Below the pieces are notes generated by a model. The model made no database searches and was not told the DNA's origin. It was given only the letters and a program-made list of their open reading frames with translations. 64,000 nucleotides of DNA from an uncultured Candidatus Saccharibacteria bacterium (lineage in GTDB: Bacteria; Patescibacteriota; Minisyncoccia; UBA6257; JACRHY01). Positions 47,289 to 56,480 of this stretch are shown here, in pieces. The DNA lies in assembly GCA_964360035.1 (NCBI GenBank), contig CAYHUJ010000001.1, positions 2,176 to 66,175 on the forward strand. The letters are read 5' to 3'. The first letter of the stretch is position 1. The number at the start of each line of letters is the position of its first letter. The position numbers and the translations under genes were made by a program.

Positions 47289-47333
47289 AGCCCCCCGCGC
47301 TTTCTCCGAAAAGAGAAAACGCGGGGGCTTTTT
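47289..47333 (+). terminator. Terminator between the lipoprotein and the convergent mpg
   Basis: CCCCCGCGCTTTCTC...GAGAAAACGCGGGGG followed by a T-run. Confidence 0.7.
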
Positions 47334-47910
47334 ATTGCAAATAAAAACGCCAGGGTTTTTTCGCCCAAATACCGGCGTATTCAACGCCGATGCGTCCGCC
47401 TCTTCCTATTCGGGAAGCGGGAATTTTGAAACCCCGGTCCTCCAGCCGGATATTTTCGTTTTTGAAAATACTCGTTTTATTAAATTTCTTGTCTATTTGA
47501 AGCAAGCGGCAAAGTTTTCCCGGTCCGTCCGCCTGTCCGGCGGGCGAACCCGCCTCCTTTTCGTTTCCTCCGCCGTCAAGCGGAACGGCGGCTCTGATTA
47601 AAACGGCCGCCGGAAACCCCTCCTTTTCCGTAACGATATTCAAACAATGATACATTCCGTAAATCAAATAAACATAAACTGTTCCCGGCGCGCCGAACAT
47701 CGGTTCGGTGCGGTTCGTCCGTCCGCGCGAAGCGTGGGAAGCGCGATCGCGCGGCCCGACATAGGCCTCCGTTTCCGTTATTTTCACCGCTATTTCCCTT
47801 TTGCCTATTTTTCTTATTAAAACTTTTCCGAGAAGATCCCGGGCGACCGCCAATGTCGGCCGATTAAAAAAAACAGCCGCGATTTTCTGCCTTTTTTTTG
47901 CGCGAATCAT
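47332..47910 (-). CDS. mpg: DNA-3-methyladenine glycosylase (AAG/MPG type)
   Basis: VARDLLGK, ETEAY, YVYLIYGMYHCLN and GPGKLC. Confidence 0.93.
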   Translation of the reverse strand: MIRAKKRQKIAAVFFNRPTLAVARDLLGKVLIRKIGKREIAVKITETEAYVGPRDRASHASRGRTNRTEPMFGAPGTVYVYLIYGMYHCLNIVTEKEGFPAAVLIRAAVPLDGGGNEKEAGSPAGQADGPGKLCRLLQIDKKFNKTSIFKNENIRLEDRGFKIPASRIGRGGRIGVEYAGIWAKKPWRFYLQ

Positions 47911-47947
47911 TCGTGAATTTTACGTTCAAAACCGAAGCGTTGCTGGC

Positions 47948-48326
47948 GAGACAAGTCGGCGAGCAATAAGCCGGATTCTGTTTCCCTTGATAAACTTGGG
48001 ACGACGATAATTTATCTTGATCGGGACGTTGCCGTCCGATTCTGTGCGGCATTCCCCCGCCTTGCGGCGGAAGCTCAGCCTTGCACCGGATAGGAGTTTT
48101 CCAGCCGCCGGTGTCGCCGCCGTCAGCCGTGAGCTCTTACCTCACGATTTCACCCTTACCCCTTGCCGAAGCTCGGGGCGGTATATTTTCTGTTGCACTT
48201 TCCGTGGGATTGCTCCCCGTCGCCGTTAGCGACTATCGCTATCCGAATTTTTAACGATTCGGATGGTGTCCGGACTTTCCTCTCCGCCAAAAGACGGAGC
48301 TATCGCCTAGCTTGCCGGCTTGTCTC
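47948..48326 (-). ncRNA. rnpB: RNase P RNA
   Basis: Minus strand has GAGGAAAGTCCGG (CR-I), AGTGCAACAGAAA, GGGTGAAA and ACAGAATCCGGCTTA (CR-V); P1 pairs GAGACAAGCCGGC with GCCGACTTGTCTC. Confidence 0.95.
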
Positions 48327-48347
48327 GTCAATAACGCTTTTGTAAAA

Positions 48348-48788
48348 TTACAATAAACTTTGGCGCTTGTCAACTTCGTCCAGCGTTTCGTTTACCAGGC
48401 GGTCGGCTTCCCTGTTTTTTTCCCGCGGGATATGGAGAAAGGAGACCTTTCCGAACTCAACTTTTAAATTCCAAATTTCCATAAACAGCGGCTGAAGGCC
48501 CTCGTTTAAAATCTTGTACTCTCCGTTAAGCTGTTTCACTAAAAGCTCGCTGTCGGAACGGATTTCCGTTTCCGTTCCCCGGATTTTTCCCTTGCCTAAA
48601 ATCTGTTTTATTTTTTTAAGAGCGAAAATGACGGCCTTGTACTCGGCTTCGTTGTTGGTCGCTTGGCCGAGAAATTCGCCGTATTCCCGCCCGCCGATTA
48701 CCGCTCCCAGCGCCGCCGGACCGGGATTGCCCCTTGAGCCGCCGTCGCAATAAGCGATGATTTTTTCTTTTGCCGCTTTGCCCGTCAT
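48348..48788 (-). CDS. rnhA: Ribonuclease HI family protein
   Basis: DGGSRGNPG, TNNEAEY, DSELLVKQ and NREADRL. Confidence 0.92.
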   Translation of the reverse strand: MTGKAAKEKIIAYCDGGSRGNPGPAALGAVIGGREYGEFLGQATNNEAEYKAVIFALKKIKQILGKGKIRGTETEIRSDSELLVKQLNGEYKILNEGLQPLFMEIWNLKVEFGKVSFLHIPREKNREADRLVNETLDEVDKRQSLL

Positions 48789-49627
48789 TTTTTCCGTTTT
48801 TTTAATGCCCGCCAGGGAAACGGACCGGGAGCCGGGAAAGAAAAACCCGAAGCGGCTTTATGTCCTCCCCCGCCGTGCTTGACGGCAATTTTGGAAACGT
48901 CGGTTTTGCCGTCCGAACGCAGGGAAACCAGAATTTTCCCGTTCTTTTCCGACCAGACGATGCCGATCGGCGGGTATTTCAGCACCAGCGCGTTGCCGAG
49001 TTCCGATTGAAAAAACGGGGAATTGACCGCCAGCGTTTCGTAACCCCCGAATTTGACCGGCGCCGCGCGTTCCACGGCTTTTTTTACGAGTTTTCGCTGA
49101 TAATCCAGAATCGCTTTTCCCTGCCGGAAATATTCTTTACCGCCGTCGGATTTTTCCAGCGCGGCCGCGACTTTGTCCCATAAACGAAAATCAAAATCCC
49201 GCGCGTCAAGATAGCCCTGCAGCTCCCTCGTCCCTTTCAGCCGAAACCGCCACAAATCCCCGTCTTCAATATGAAGCAGGAGACGCGGCGTCCGTTTTCG
49301 GGGATGAAAAAACTTCCATGCCAGCACGGCGCCGGAGTGATTGATGTCGTAAAGCGATTCGTGGGCGAGTTTAACCGACTCTTTACCGGTAATGTGATGG
49401 TCCATGATCGCCAGCTTGCGCGCTTCCTTTAGGATTTTTCCGGTTATTTCCGGCGAATAATTAAAATCAACCAGATATACGTCTTTTCCTTTCAGGCCGG
49501 TCGGCGGCGGATTTTGATGTTCAACGGCGATGTACTCCGCTTTGTCGCCGAATTTTTTCCGCGCCGCCCAAGCCGCGCCAAAGCCGTCAAAACAGTTTTT
49601 ATGATATAAAACGGCGATTTTTTTCAT
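48785..49627 (-). CDS. DHH/DHHA1 phosphoesterase (nanoRNase NrnB-like)
   Basis: YHKNCFDG, DHH, SLRS and GGGGH..ASGF. Confidence 0.9.
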   Translation of the reverse strand: MKKIAVLYHKNCFDGFGAAWAARKKFGDKAEYIAVEHQNPPPTGLKGKDVYLVDFNYSPEITGKILKEARKLAIMDHHITGKESVKLAHESLYDINHSGAVLAWKFFHPRKRTPRLLLHIEDGDLWRFRLKGTRELQGYLDARDFDFRLWDKVAAALEKSDGGKEYFRQGKAILDYQRKLVKKAVERAAPVKFGGYETLAVNSPFFQSELGNALVLKYPPIGIVWSEKNGKILVSLRSDGKTDVSKIAVKHGGGGHKAASGFSFPAPGPFPWRALKKRKK

Positions 49628-50811
49628 TTTTCAAACGTTAATTTTATCCGGCTTTTTTCAAGCGCCGCCAGTCCCGGAAGTTTCTTTCCGGACAAAAACT
49701 CCAGCATCGCTCCGCCGCCGGTTGAAACGAAGCCGAATTTTTTCCCGATTTTCATTTTCTCCACCAAGGCGGTCGTTTCCCCTCCTCCGATCACCGAAAA
49801 GGCCTTTGTTCCGGCAATGATTTTTAGCACGTTTCGCGAACCGCGGGCGAATCTTTCGTCTTCGCAGAAACCGAGCGGGCCGTTCCAAACGACGGTTTTC
49901 GCTTCCCGTAAAATTTCACCGAACTTTCTGACCGTTCTCGGTCCGATGTCCAAAACGGTTTCGGCGTCGCCGATGTCCTCCGGCATCCGGACGAAAGCGC
50001 CGATATTCCGGGAGTCAACTTTTTTGGCGACGACGACGTCGGCCGGCGCGATGATTTTTTCGTTTTGGGCGAGTTTCACGGCGAAATCCAGAACATTCTT
50101 TTCGTAAAGCGAAACGCCGACGCCAGTCCCTTTGGCGGCTAAAATCGTGTTAGCTATTCCTCCGCCGACCAAAAAATAATCCGCCTTTTTGAAAAATTTA
50201 TTTATGAGGCCGATTTTATCGGATATTTTCGCGCCGCCCAGAATCATCACGAACGGCTTTTGCGGCGCCGTAATGGCTTTCCGCAGATTTTTTATTTCCG
50301 CTTCCAGAAGAAGTCCAACGAAAGACGGAAGAAAACCGGCAATGGCGTCTACGGAAGCATTGGCGCGGTGGCAGACGGCAAAGGCGTCATTGACGTAAAA
50401 ATCGCCGAGAGAAGCCAGCGATTCGGCCAGCTTGGGGTCGTTTTCCTCTTCGCCTTTAAGGAAGCGCAGATTTTCCAGGAAAAAGACGCTGCCGGCCGGC
50501 GCCGCTTCCAGAAGACGCCTGATTTCGGCGAAATCAAAACGCTCAAAAAACGGGATGTTCTTCTTAAACAAACGGCCGAAAATCAAAGTGAAATTTTTCA
50601 AGCTTAAAGACGGCGCGAATCCGTCCGGCCGGCCCCGATGGCTCAAAATCAAGACCTTAACGCCTCTTTTTATTAAAAACTCAAGCGTCGGCAGAATCGC
50701 TTTTATCCTGAGCGAAGTTTTCTCATCCGCTTTTTCTATATTCAAATCCACGCGCAAAAGGCAGATTTTTCCTTTCAGCCGTTTTTTGGCGAGATCGCGC
50801 AAAAATTTCAT
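49624..50811 (-). CDS. pgk: Phosphoglycerate kinase
   Basis: RVDLN, SHRGRP, LENLRF, GGAKISDK, WNGPLG and STGGGA. Confidence 0.96.
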   Translation of the reverse strand: MKFLRDLAKKRLKGKICLLRVDLNIEKADEKTSLRIKAILPTLEFLIKRGVKVLILSHRGRPDGFAPSLSLKNFTLIFGRLFKKNIPFFERFDFAEIRRLLEAAPAGSVFFLENLRFLKGEEENDPKLAESLASLGDFYVNDAFAVCHRANASVDAIAGFLPSFVGLLLEAEIKNLRKAITAPQKPFVMILGGAKISDKIGLINKFFKKADYFLVGGGIANTILAAKGTGVGVSLYEKNVLDFAVKLAQNEKIIAPADVVVAKKVDSRNIGAFVRMPEDIGDAETVLDIGPRTVRKFGEILREAKTVVWNGPLGFCEDERFARGSRNVLKIIAGTKAFSVIGGGETTALVEKMKIGKKFGFVSTGGGAMLEFLSGKKLPGLAALEKSRIKLTFEK

Positions 50812-50883
50812 TTATTGGCATTATAACCGAAAATCGTGTTAAAATGAACATCACGCTTTTTCCGCGCGAAATCGGCGTTAAAA

Positions 50884-52188
50884 ATGGAAACGAACGGGAA
50901 TCAAAAGAAAATCGTCATTTTGGGGGCCGGCTTCGGCGGTTTGAGAACGGCCCTTATTCTGGCAAAATACCTCAAAAGCGCCAATTTGGAAAAAAAGTTC
51001 CGGCTTATTCTCGTTGACCGCAACGATTATCACACTTATACGCCGATGCTCTATGAGATCGCCACGACCGACAAGGCGACTGCCGATTACGCCGGCTTGA
51101 AAAGCGTCGCCGTTTTTCCGATAGAGGACGCCCTGCGCGATCTTCCCGTCGTTTTTCTGAAAGACGAGGTTGAGGCGCTGGACATCGCAGAAAAGCGGTG
51201 CGTTTTTCTGCGCTTGAACGGCCGGCTGGATTTTGACTATTTAGTGCTGGCGCTCGGATCGGAAACCAATTATTTCAATATTCCCGGCCTTAAAGAAAAA
51301 TCCTTGAGCTTCAAATCACTGATTGACGCCTTGAGAATAAGGGATCATATCTGGAACGCCGCCAGCGTCAGGGAACGGAAAGAGCTGCGGGTGGTTGTCG
51401 GCGGCGCGGGACCGGCCGGCGTGGAGCTTGCCGCCGAAATAATGTGCCTCGCCTGCCAGATGGAGAAGACCGGCGCCCTCTGCAACATAAAATCCTCCGT
51501 TATTGAAGGAGGGCAAAGCATCTTGCCGGGTTTTCCGCCGAAAATCGTTGAAGCCGCGGCCAAACGGTTGAAAAATCTGAACATTGAGCTGATAACCGGA
51601 AACGTCATTGAAAGCGTGGAAGACGGCGCGGTTATCTTGAAAAACAAACGAGCCGTTCCTTTTGACGTTTTGATTTGGACCGGCGGAACCAAAGCGCCGG
51701 CGATCACGACCGCTTCCCGGGATTCGCTGAAAATTGATCCCCGCGGCCGCATTGAGGTGATGAAGGAACTTGCCTGCCTTCCGACCAATCCGAGTTTAAA
51801 CGTCCTGAAAAACGTCTACGCTATCGGCGACATCATCTGTTTTTATGACGAAAACAACCGTCCGATTCCGGCCGTCGCCAAAGCGGCGATCAAGCAAGCG
51901 GATATCGTCGCCGCGAATATAATCGCAAGCGTTGGAGCGGAAGCTTTCGGCCGGACGGAAGTCAAGCCGGGCGTTTATCGCCCCAAGGCCCATTCTTATA
52001 TCATCCCGCTCGGCGGAAAATACGCCATCGCCAAAGCCGGGCCTTTCGTCGTCAAGGGAATTCCGGCCTGGGTCGCGAAAGGATTGGTGGAGCTCGGCTA
52101 TCTGTGCGCCGTTTTACCGAAGTCGCAAGCGTTGAAAATCTGGCTGAAAGGAATAAAGATATTCGCGCAAAATGACCGGCTCGGATAG
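50884..52188 (+). CDS. Type II NADH dehydrogenase-like FAD oxidoreductase
   Basis: GAGFGG, LALGS..NYFNIPG, GAGPAGVELAAE and YAIGD. Confidence 0.88.
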   Translation: METNGNQKKIVILGAGFGGLRTALILAKYLKSANLEKKFRLILVDRNDYHTYTPMLYEIATTDKATADYAGLKSVAVFPIEDALRDLPVVFLKDEVEALDIAEKRCVFLRLNGRLDFDYLVLALGSETNYFNIPGLKEKSLSFKSLIDALRIRDHIWNAASVRERKELRVVVGGAGPAGVELAAEIMCLACQMEKTGALCNIKSSVIEGGQSILPGFPPKIVEAAAKRLKNLNIELITGNVIESVEDGAVILKNKRAVPFDVLIWTGGTKAPAITTASRDSLKIDPRGRIEVMKELACLPTNPSLNVLKNVYAIGDIICFYDENNRPIPAVAKAAIKQADIVAANIIASVGAEAFGRTEVKPGVYRPKAHSYIIPLGGKYAIAKAGPFVVKGIPAWVAKGLVELGYLCAVLPKSQALKIWLKGIKIFAQNDRLG

Positions 52189-52199
52189 GAGCGTAGAAT

Positions 52200-53852
52200 T
52201 TATTTTTTCTTGCCGATTTCTATCTCGTATTCGTTTCGGGCGTGTTTTTTAACCCAATCCAGCTCAACGCCGATTTTTTTATGGGGATTAAAAATGCCGA
52301 GCGGGTCAAAAATTGATTTCATTTTCGCGAAAACGCCGTAAAGCGGCTCGCCGAAAGAATCCTTGAGATAAGGACTGCGCATCAGTCCGTCGTTATGCTC
52401 TCCGGAAAGCGCGCCGCGCAATCGGATGACTTCGCGATAAACCTCGTCGGCGATAGCGAACATTTTTTCTTTATCCCCGTCCTTTTTGAGGTCTAAAAAC
52501 GGCTGAAGATGAAGATTGGCGTTGCCGGCGTGTCCCCAGACGGAGAATCCGACGCCGTATTTTCCGACGATTTCGTAAAGTTTGCGCAAATAATCGGCGA
52601 GATGGCGGGGATGAACGGCCGAGTCCTCAATGAACGGCAGAGCTTTTTCCGCTCCCTTGGCGCTTTCGGCGACTATCGCGGCCGAGCGGCGGACTTCCCA
52701 AAGTTTATTCTGCTCGTCCTTGTCGTACGCCTCTTTAAGGTCAACGGCCGCTTCTTTCAGGATAGTTTTCGCCGCTTCCGCCAAGCGTTTAATTTCCTCT
52801 TCTTTTTCGCCGTCAAATTCTATAAGCAAAATGATTTCCGGCGCCGCTCCGTCTTTCAAAAAAGCGGCGACGGCTTCCGGTTTTTCTTCCTTGACCATTT
52901 CCAGCAAAAATTTATCCACCAGCTCAAAGGCGCTTGGCTTAAGTTCCAGAATTTTCGGAACGGCTTCCCCCGCTTTCCGCAAATCGTCAAAAGAAGCCAG
53001 AAGCAGACCGGCAAGCGGCGGTTTTTTCACGGTTTTCAGGGTAATTTCGGTCAGAATTCCCAGCGTTCCCTGATCGCCGCAGATCATTTTGGAAAAATCA
53101 ACTCCCTCCTCGCTTAAGACGTCAAAAACCCAGTAACCGGAAGAGCTTTTATTGACGTCAAGGCGGGAATTTTGAATGAGATTGTGATTGGAAACCAAAA
53201 GATCGTGCGCGGAGCGGTAAATTTCCCCTTCCAGATCGCTTTGCGCCTGCTTTTTTTCAATTTCGGCGGCGTCGGAAAACTTAAACTCCCGTTCGCCGCC
53301 GTCGGACAAAACGACTTTCAGCGCCAGGACGTAATCGCGGGTTGATCCGTATTTGACCGTTTTTTCGCCGGCGCAATTATTAGCCACTCCGCCGCCGATG
53401 GAAGCGAAATTTTTGGAAGCCGGATAAGAAGGGACGAACTCGCCTTTTTTTTCCAGCTCGTCAAGAACGGTTTTCCAAATGACGCCCGGCTCAACGCGGA
53501 CGAATCCGTCGCCGATTTCCAGAATTTTGTCCAAAAAACCCGGAAACCGCACGATAATTCCCTCGTTAATCGGCCCGCCGGCCTGGTCCGTTCCCCTGCC
53601 GCGGCAGGTGACGGACAGCTTCGCGTCCGTCGCTTTAAATTCCTCGGGAGAGAGTTCCTTTTTCAGCTTTTTCTTCGTTTCCGCCAGCCACTTTACGAGC
53701 GCGAAAATATCGTCTTTGGAAGACGGTAACACAACCGCCCACGGCTTTATTTCAAAAACGCTGCCGTCTTTGGAGTAATGCTCAAGCGACTCCTCGTCGC
53801 TCAAGACCTGTCCTTTGATGACCGATTTTAATTCGCCGATGAATTGTTCCAT
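52200..53852 (-). CDS. FAD-linked oxidoreductase (GlcD/D-lactate dehydrogenase-like, no Fe-S tail)
   Basis: RGRGT..AG, GGGVANN, GHAGNANLHL, GEHNDG and FDPLGIFNP. Confidence 0.88.
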   Translation of the reverse strand: MEQFIGELKSVIKGQVLSDEESLEHYSKDGSVFEIKPWAVVLPSSKDDIFALVKWLAETKKKLKKELSPEEFKATDAKLSVTCRGRGTDQAGGPINEGIIVRFPGFLDKILEIGDGFVRVEPGVIWKTVLDELEKKGEFVPSYPASKNFASIGGGVANNCAGEKTVKYGSTRDYVLALKVVLSDGGEREFKFSDAAEIEKKQAQSDLEGEIYRSAHDLLVSNHNLIQNSRLDVNKSSSGYWVFDVLSEEGVDFSKMICGDQGTLGILTEITLKTVKKPPLAGLLLASFDDLRKAGEAVPKILELKPSAFELVDKFLLEMVKEEKPEAVAAFLKDGAAPEIILLIEFDGEKEEEIKRLAEAAKTILKEAAVDLKEAYDKDEQNKLWEVRRSAAIVAESAKGAEKALPFIEDSAVHPRHLADYLRKLYEIVGKYGVGFSVWGHAGNANLHLQPFLDLKKDGDKEKMFAIADEVYREVIRLRGALSGEHNDGLMRSPYLKDSFGEPLYGVFAKMKSIFDPLGIFNPHKKIGVELDWVKKHARNEYEIEIGKKK

Positions 53853-53875
53853 GATTTTTGATTTTTAACCTGATT

Positions 53876-54631
53876 TTAACGCACTTCATACTGGATGCTG
53901 ACCTGCGCCGTCAGTTCTTCGGTGCCCGGCTGAATAGGCGGAGCCGTCCGCATAAAATCCGCTTCGCCGCCTCCCATCGCTCCTTCGTAATATTTCGGAC
54001 CCGGCGCGGCGGCGTATTCGGAAAAAGTAATAATCCTGCCCAGACGGACGCCGTTTTGCGCGGCCATTTCCCCGGCCTTTTCGCCGGCTTTAGCGAATGC
54101 TTTTTGGCGCGCTTCGCGGAGAAATTTTTCCGGGTCGTCAATCTCAAACGATACCTGGCCGATCTGGTTTATTCCGGTTTCCGGCAGGCCGCTCAAAATT
54201 TCCGCGACTTTATCCAAATCTCGGATTTTCACCAGGACCGTCTGCGTCAGAACATAGCCGCTGATGAAGGTTTTTCTGCTTTTTTCGTCGTATTCGTAGC
54301 GGGGATAAAGATTATACTGCGTCGTTTTCACGTCGTCGTCTTTGACGCCGTTGCCCTCGGCGACTTTAATCGCCGCTTCCATTTTCCGGTTATTGTCGTC
54401 GGCAAGCTGTCTGGGATCGGCGCCCTCGGAAACGACCGAAAAAGAAACTTTGGCGATATCCGGCGAAACCGTCACTTTGCCCTCGGCGCTCACCCATACC
54501 GTCCGCGCCGGATACAGCGAATCGCCGTATTTTTTCGCCGGTCCCCAAAAAATAGAATAAACGACGGCGGCCGACAGCACGACGAAAAAAACCGCCAATA
54601 TCTTGAATAATCTTATTTTCTGTTCCTCCAT
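53876..54631 (-). CDS. SIMPL/DUF541 domain protein
   Basis: AEGKVTVSPDIA, REARQKAF..A and PIQPG. Confidence 0.88.
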   Translation of the reverse strand: MEEQKIRLFKILAVFFVVLSAAVVYSIFWGPAKKYGDSLYPARTVWVSAEGKVTVSPDIAKVSFSVVSEGADPRQLADDNNRKMEAAIKVAEGNGVKDDDVKTTQYNLYPRYEYDEKSRKTFISGYVLTQTVLVKIRDLDKVAEILSGLPETGINQIGQVSFEIDDPEKFLREARQKAFAKAGEKAGEMAAQNGVRLGRIITFSEYAAAPGPKYYEGAMGGGEADFMRTAPPIQPGTEELTAQVSIQYEVR

Positions 54632-54653
54632 GTTTTTATTTTTTTAATGTTTT

Positions 54654-55439
54654 TTATATTTTCTTTTTAAACGGCTTCGTGCCCGCCGCCGCGGCGATTT
54701 TCATGAACTCCGGCGGTTTCAAGCTGGCGCCGCCGACCAGCGCGCCGTCAATTTCCGGACGGTTGATAAAATCGCCGGCGTTTTTCCCGTTGACGGAGCC
54801 GCCGTACAGCACTTTGACGTCCGACATCCGACATTCAACCATTAGCCATTTTTTTATAAATTTCGCCATTTCCACGGCGTCGGCGGGGGTATCCGGCGTT
54901 CCCGTTCCGATAGCCCAAACCGGTTCGTAAGCAATAATAATATCCGACGTCCGACATCCAACATTTGACATTTGACGCTTGACATCCGATAGATTTTTTT
55001 CCAGCTGACTTTTTACAAACTTCTCCACTGCTTTTTTGCCGCGGCGGCGGATCGGCAAACCCTCGCCGACGCATAAAATCACTTTCAATCCCGCTTTCAG
55101 CGCCGCCAAAACTTTTTTGTTTATCATTTCGTCCGTTTCTCCCAAAAAACGGCGGCGTTCCGAGTGGCCGATGATGGCGTACTCGGCTCCTGAACTCCGC
55201 AGCATCTCCGCGGAAATTTCTCCGGTATAAGCCCCGTTGTTTTCCCAAAAAACGTCTTGAGCGCCGAGTTTAACGCCCGTTTTTTTCAGCAGGACGGCAA
55301 TTTTTTCCAAACAAACGAAAGGCGGGCAAATGACGATTTCAGCTCCGCGCGGCTTCGCCGCCGCGAGCTTTTTCACCGCCGCTTTCCAATCCGCCGCCGG
55401 ACAATTCATTTTCCAGTTGGCAACAAGCAATTTCCCCAT
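54654..55439 (-). CDS. tpiA: Triosephosphate isomerase (with two repeat-derived inserts)
   Basis: ANWKMN, GHSERR, AYEPVWAIGTG, YGGSV and LVGGASL. Confidence 0.96.
   Translation of the reverse strand: MGKLLVANWKMNCPAADWKAAVKKLAAAKPRGAEIVICPPFVCLEKIAVLLKKTGVKLGAQDVFWENNGAYTGEISAEMLRSSGAEYAIIGHSERRRFLGETDEMINKKVLAALKAGLKVILCVGEGLPIRRRGKKAVEKFVKSQLEKNLSDVKRQMSNVGCRTSDIIIAYEPVWAIGTGTPDTPADAVEMAKFIKKWLMVECRMSDVKVLYGGSVNGKNAGDFINRPEIDGALVGGASLKPPEFMKIAAAAGTKPFKKKI
54813..54991. repeat. Two heptamer arrays (TCCGACR/TTTGACR) inside tpiA
   Basis: TTTGACG TCCGACA TCCGACA at 54813-54833; TCCGACG TCCGACA TCCAACA TTTGACA TTTGACG CTTGACA TCCGATA at 54943-54991. Confidence 0.85.
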
Positions 55440-55442
55440 TGA

Positions 55443-56480
55443 TTATTTTGATTTTAAAATTTTCACGGCGATATCCGGGTCAACGACGTTTATTTCCATT
55501 CCCGTTCCCAGCTCAAAGCCGGCGGGAGTGGCTATCTTCGGCCGTATCTCAATGTGCCAGTGATAATGGCCGCTTTGTTCTTTCTCTCTCATCGGCGCCG
55601 TGTGAATAAAAAAATTATAATCGGGATCGTTGAGATTTTTTTCCACTTTTTTCAGAACATTCTGGAGGACGCCGACAACGTCGGCGATATCCTCGTCGCG
55701 CGTGTTTTCAAAATAAGGGAGATGCTTTTTCGGGAAAACGCGGATTTCAAACGGCTCGCGGGAAACAAAAGGAGTAAAGGCAATCGCGCCCTTGTTTTCA
55801 AAAATCACCCGCTTTTTCTGATTTTTTTCCCAGTCAATAATGACGCAATGAACGCATTTTTTATGCTCGTCAAAATATCTCTTTGATCCGTTCAGCGAAT
55901 GCCGGATGTCCGGAGGCACGACGGGAACGGCTATTGACTGGAAGTGGGGATGAAAAATGGAGGCCCCCGCCGTCGGTCCCCAGTTGTGGAAAATGGAAAC
56001 GTAAGCGAGGCAGGGATCGTTGAAAAGCATCAGGTACCGGTCCCGCAGCGCCTGAAAAACCAGCTCGGCGATTCGCGGTTTGAGGGCCGAAAAATTTTTT
56101 CCGTGGTCGCGGGTAATCAAAATATCGTGATGGCCGACGCCGTCCAGCACGGAAAAGGGGCCACGGCTAAGAGGCAGCGGACAAACGTCGCGGTGCGTGA
56201 GAGCCGGATATTTATTGGGAATAATCTGAATCTCCCAGTCCTTGTGGTTTTTATAAACCAGAAACGGCTGGCCGTGGCCGGTTGCTTGAGGATTTTCAAA
56301 GGGACAGCCGGCTACCGGGGCTTTTTGGCGCTTCCCGATTCTTTTTTTGACGAAATCCTCCGGACGCCTTGCTCTTCCCGTTGCCAGAACAATCCAATCT
56401 CCGGAAACGATGTCCTGGCGCAGTTCCGAGGGGTGGATTTTTTTTGAGGGAGGTTGATTATTTTTCGCTTTCTTCCGCAT
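55443..56480 (-). CDS. galT: Galactose-1-phosphate uridylyltransferase-like (GalT family)
   Basis: ELRQD, RARRP, PNKYP, AGASIFHPHFQ and GFELGTG. Confidence 0.88.
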   Translation of the reverse strand: MRKKAKNNQPPSKKIHPSELRQDIVSGDWIVLATGRARRPEDFVKKRIGKRQKAPVAGCPFENPQATGHGQPFLVYKNHKDWEIQIIPNKYPALTHRDVCPLPLSRGPFSVLDGVGHHDILITRDHGKNFSALKPRIAELVFQALRDRYLMLFNDPCLAYVSIFHNWGPTAGASIFHPHFQSIAVPVVPPDIRHSLNGSKRYFDEHKKCVHCVIIDWEKNQKKRVIFENKGAIAFTPFVSREPFEIRVFPKKHLPYFENTRDEDIADVVGVLQNVLKKVEKNLNDPDYNFFIHTAPMREKEQSGHYHWHIEIRPKIATPAGFELGTGMEINVVDPDIAVKILKSK

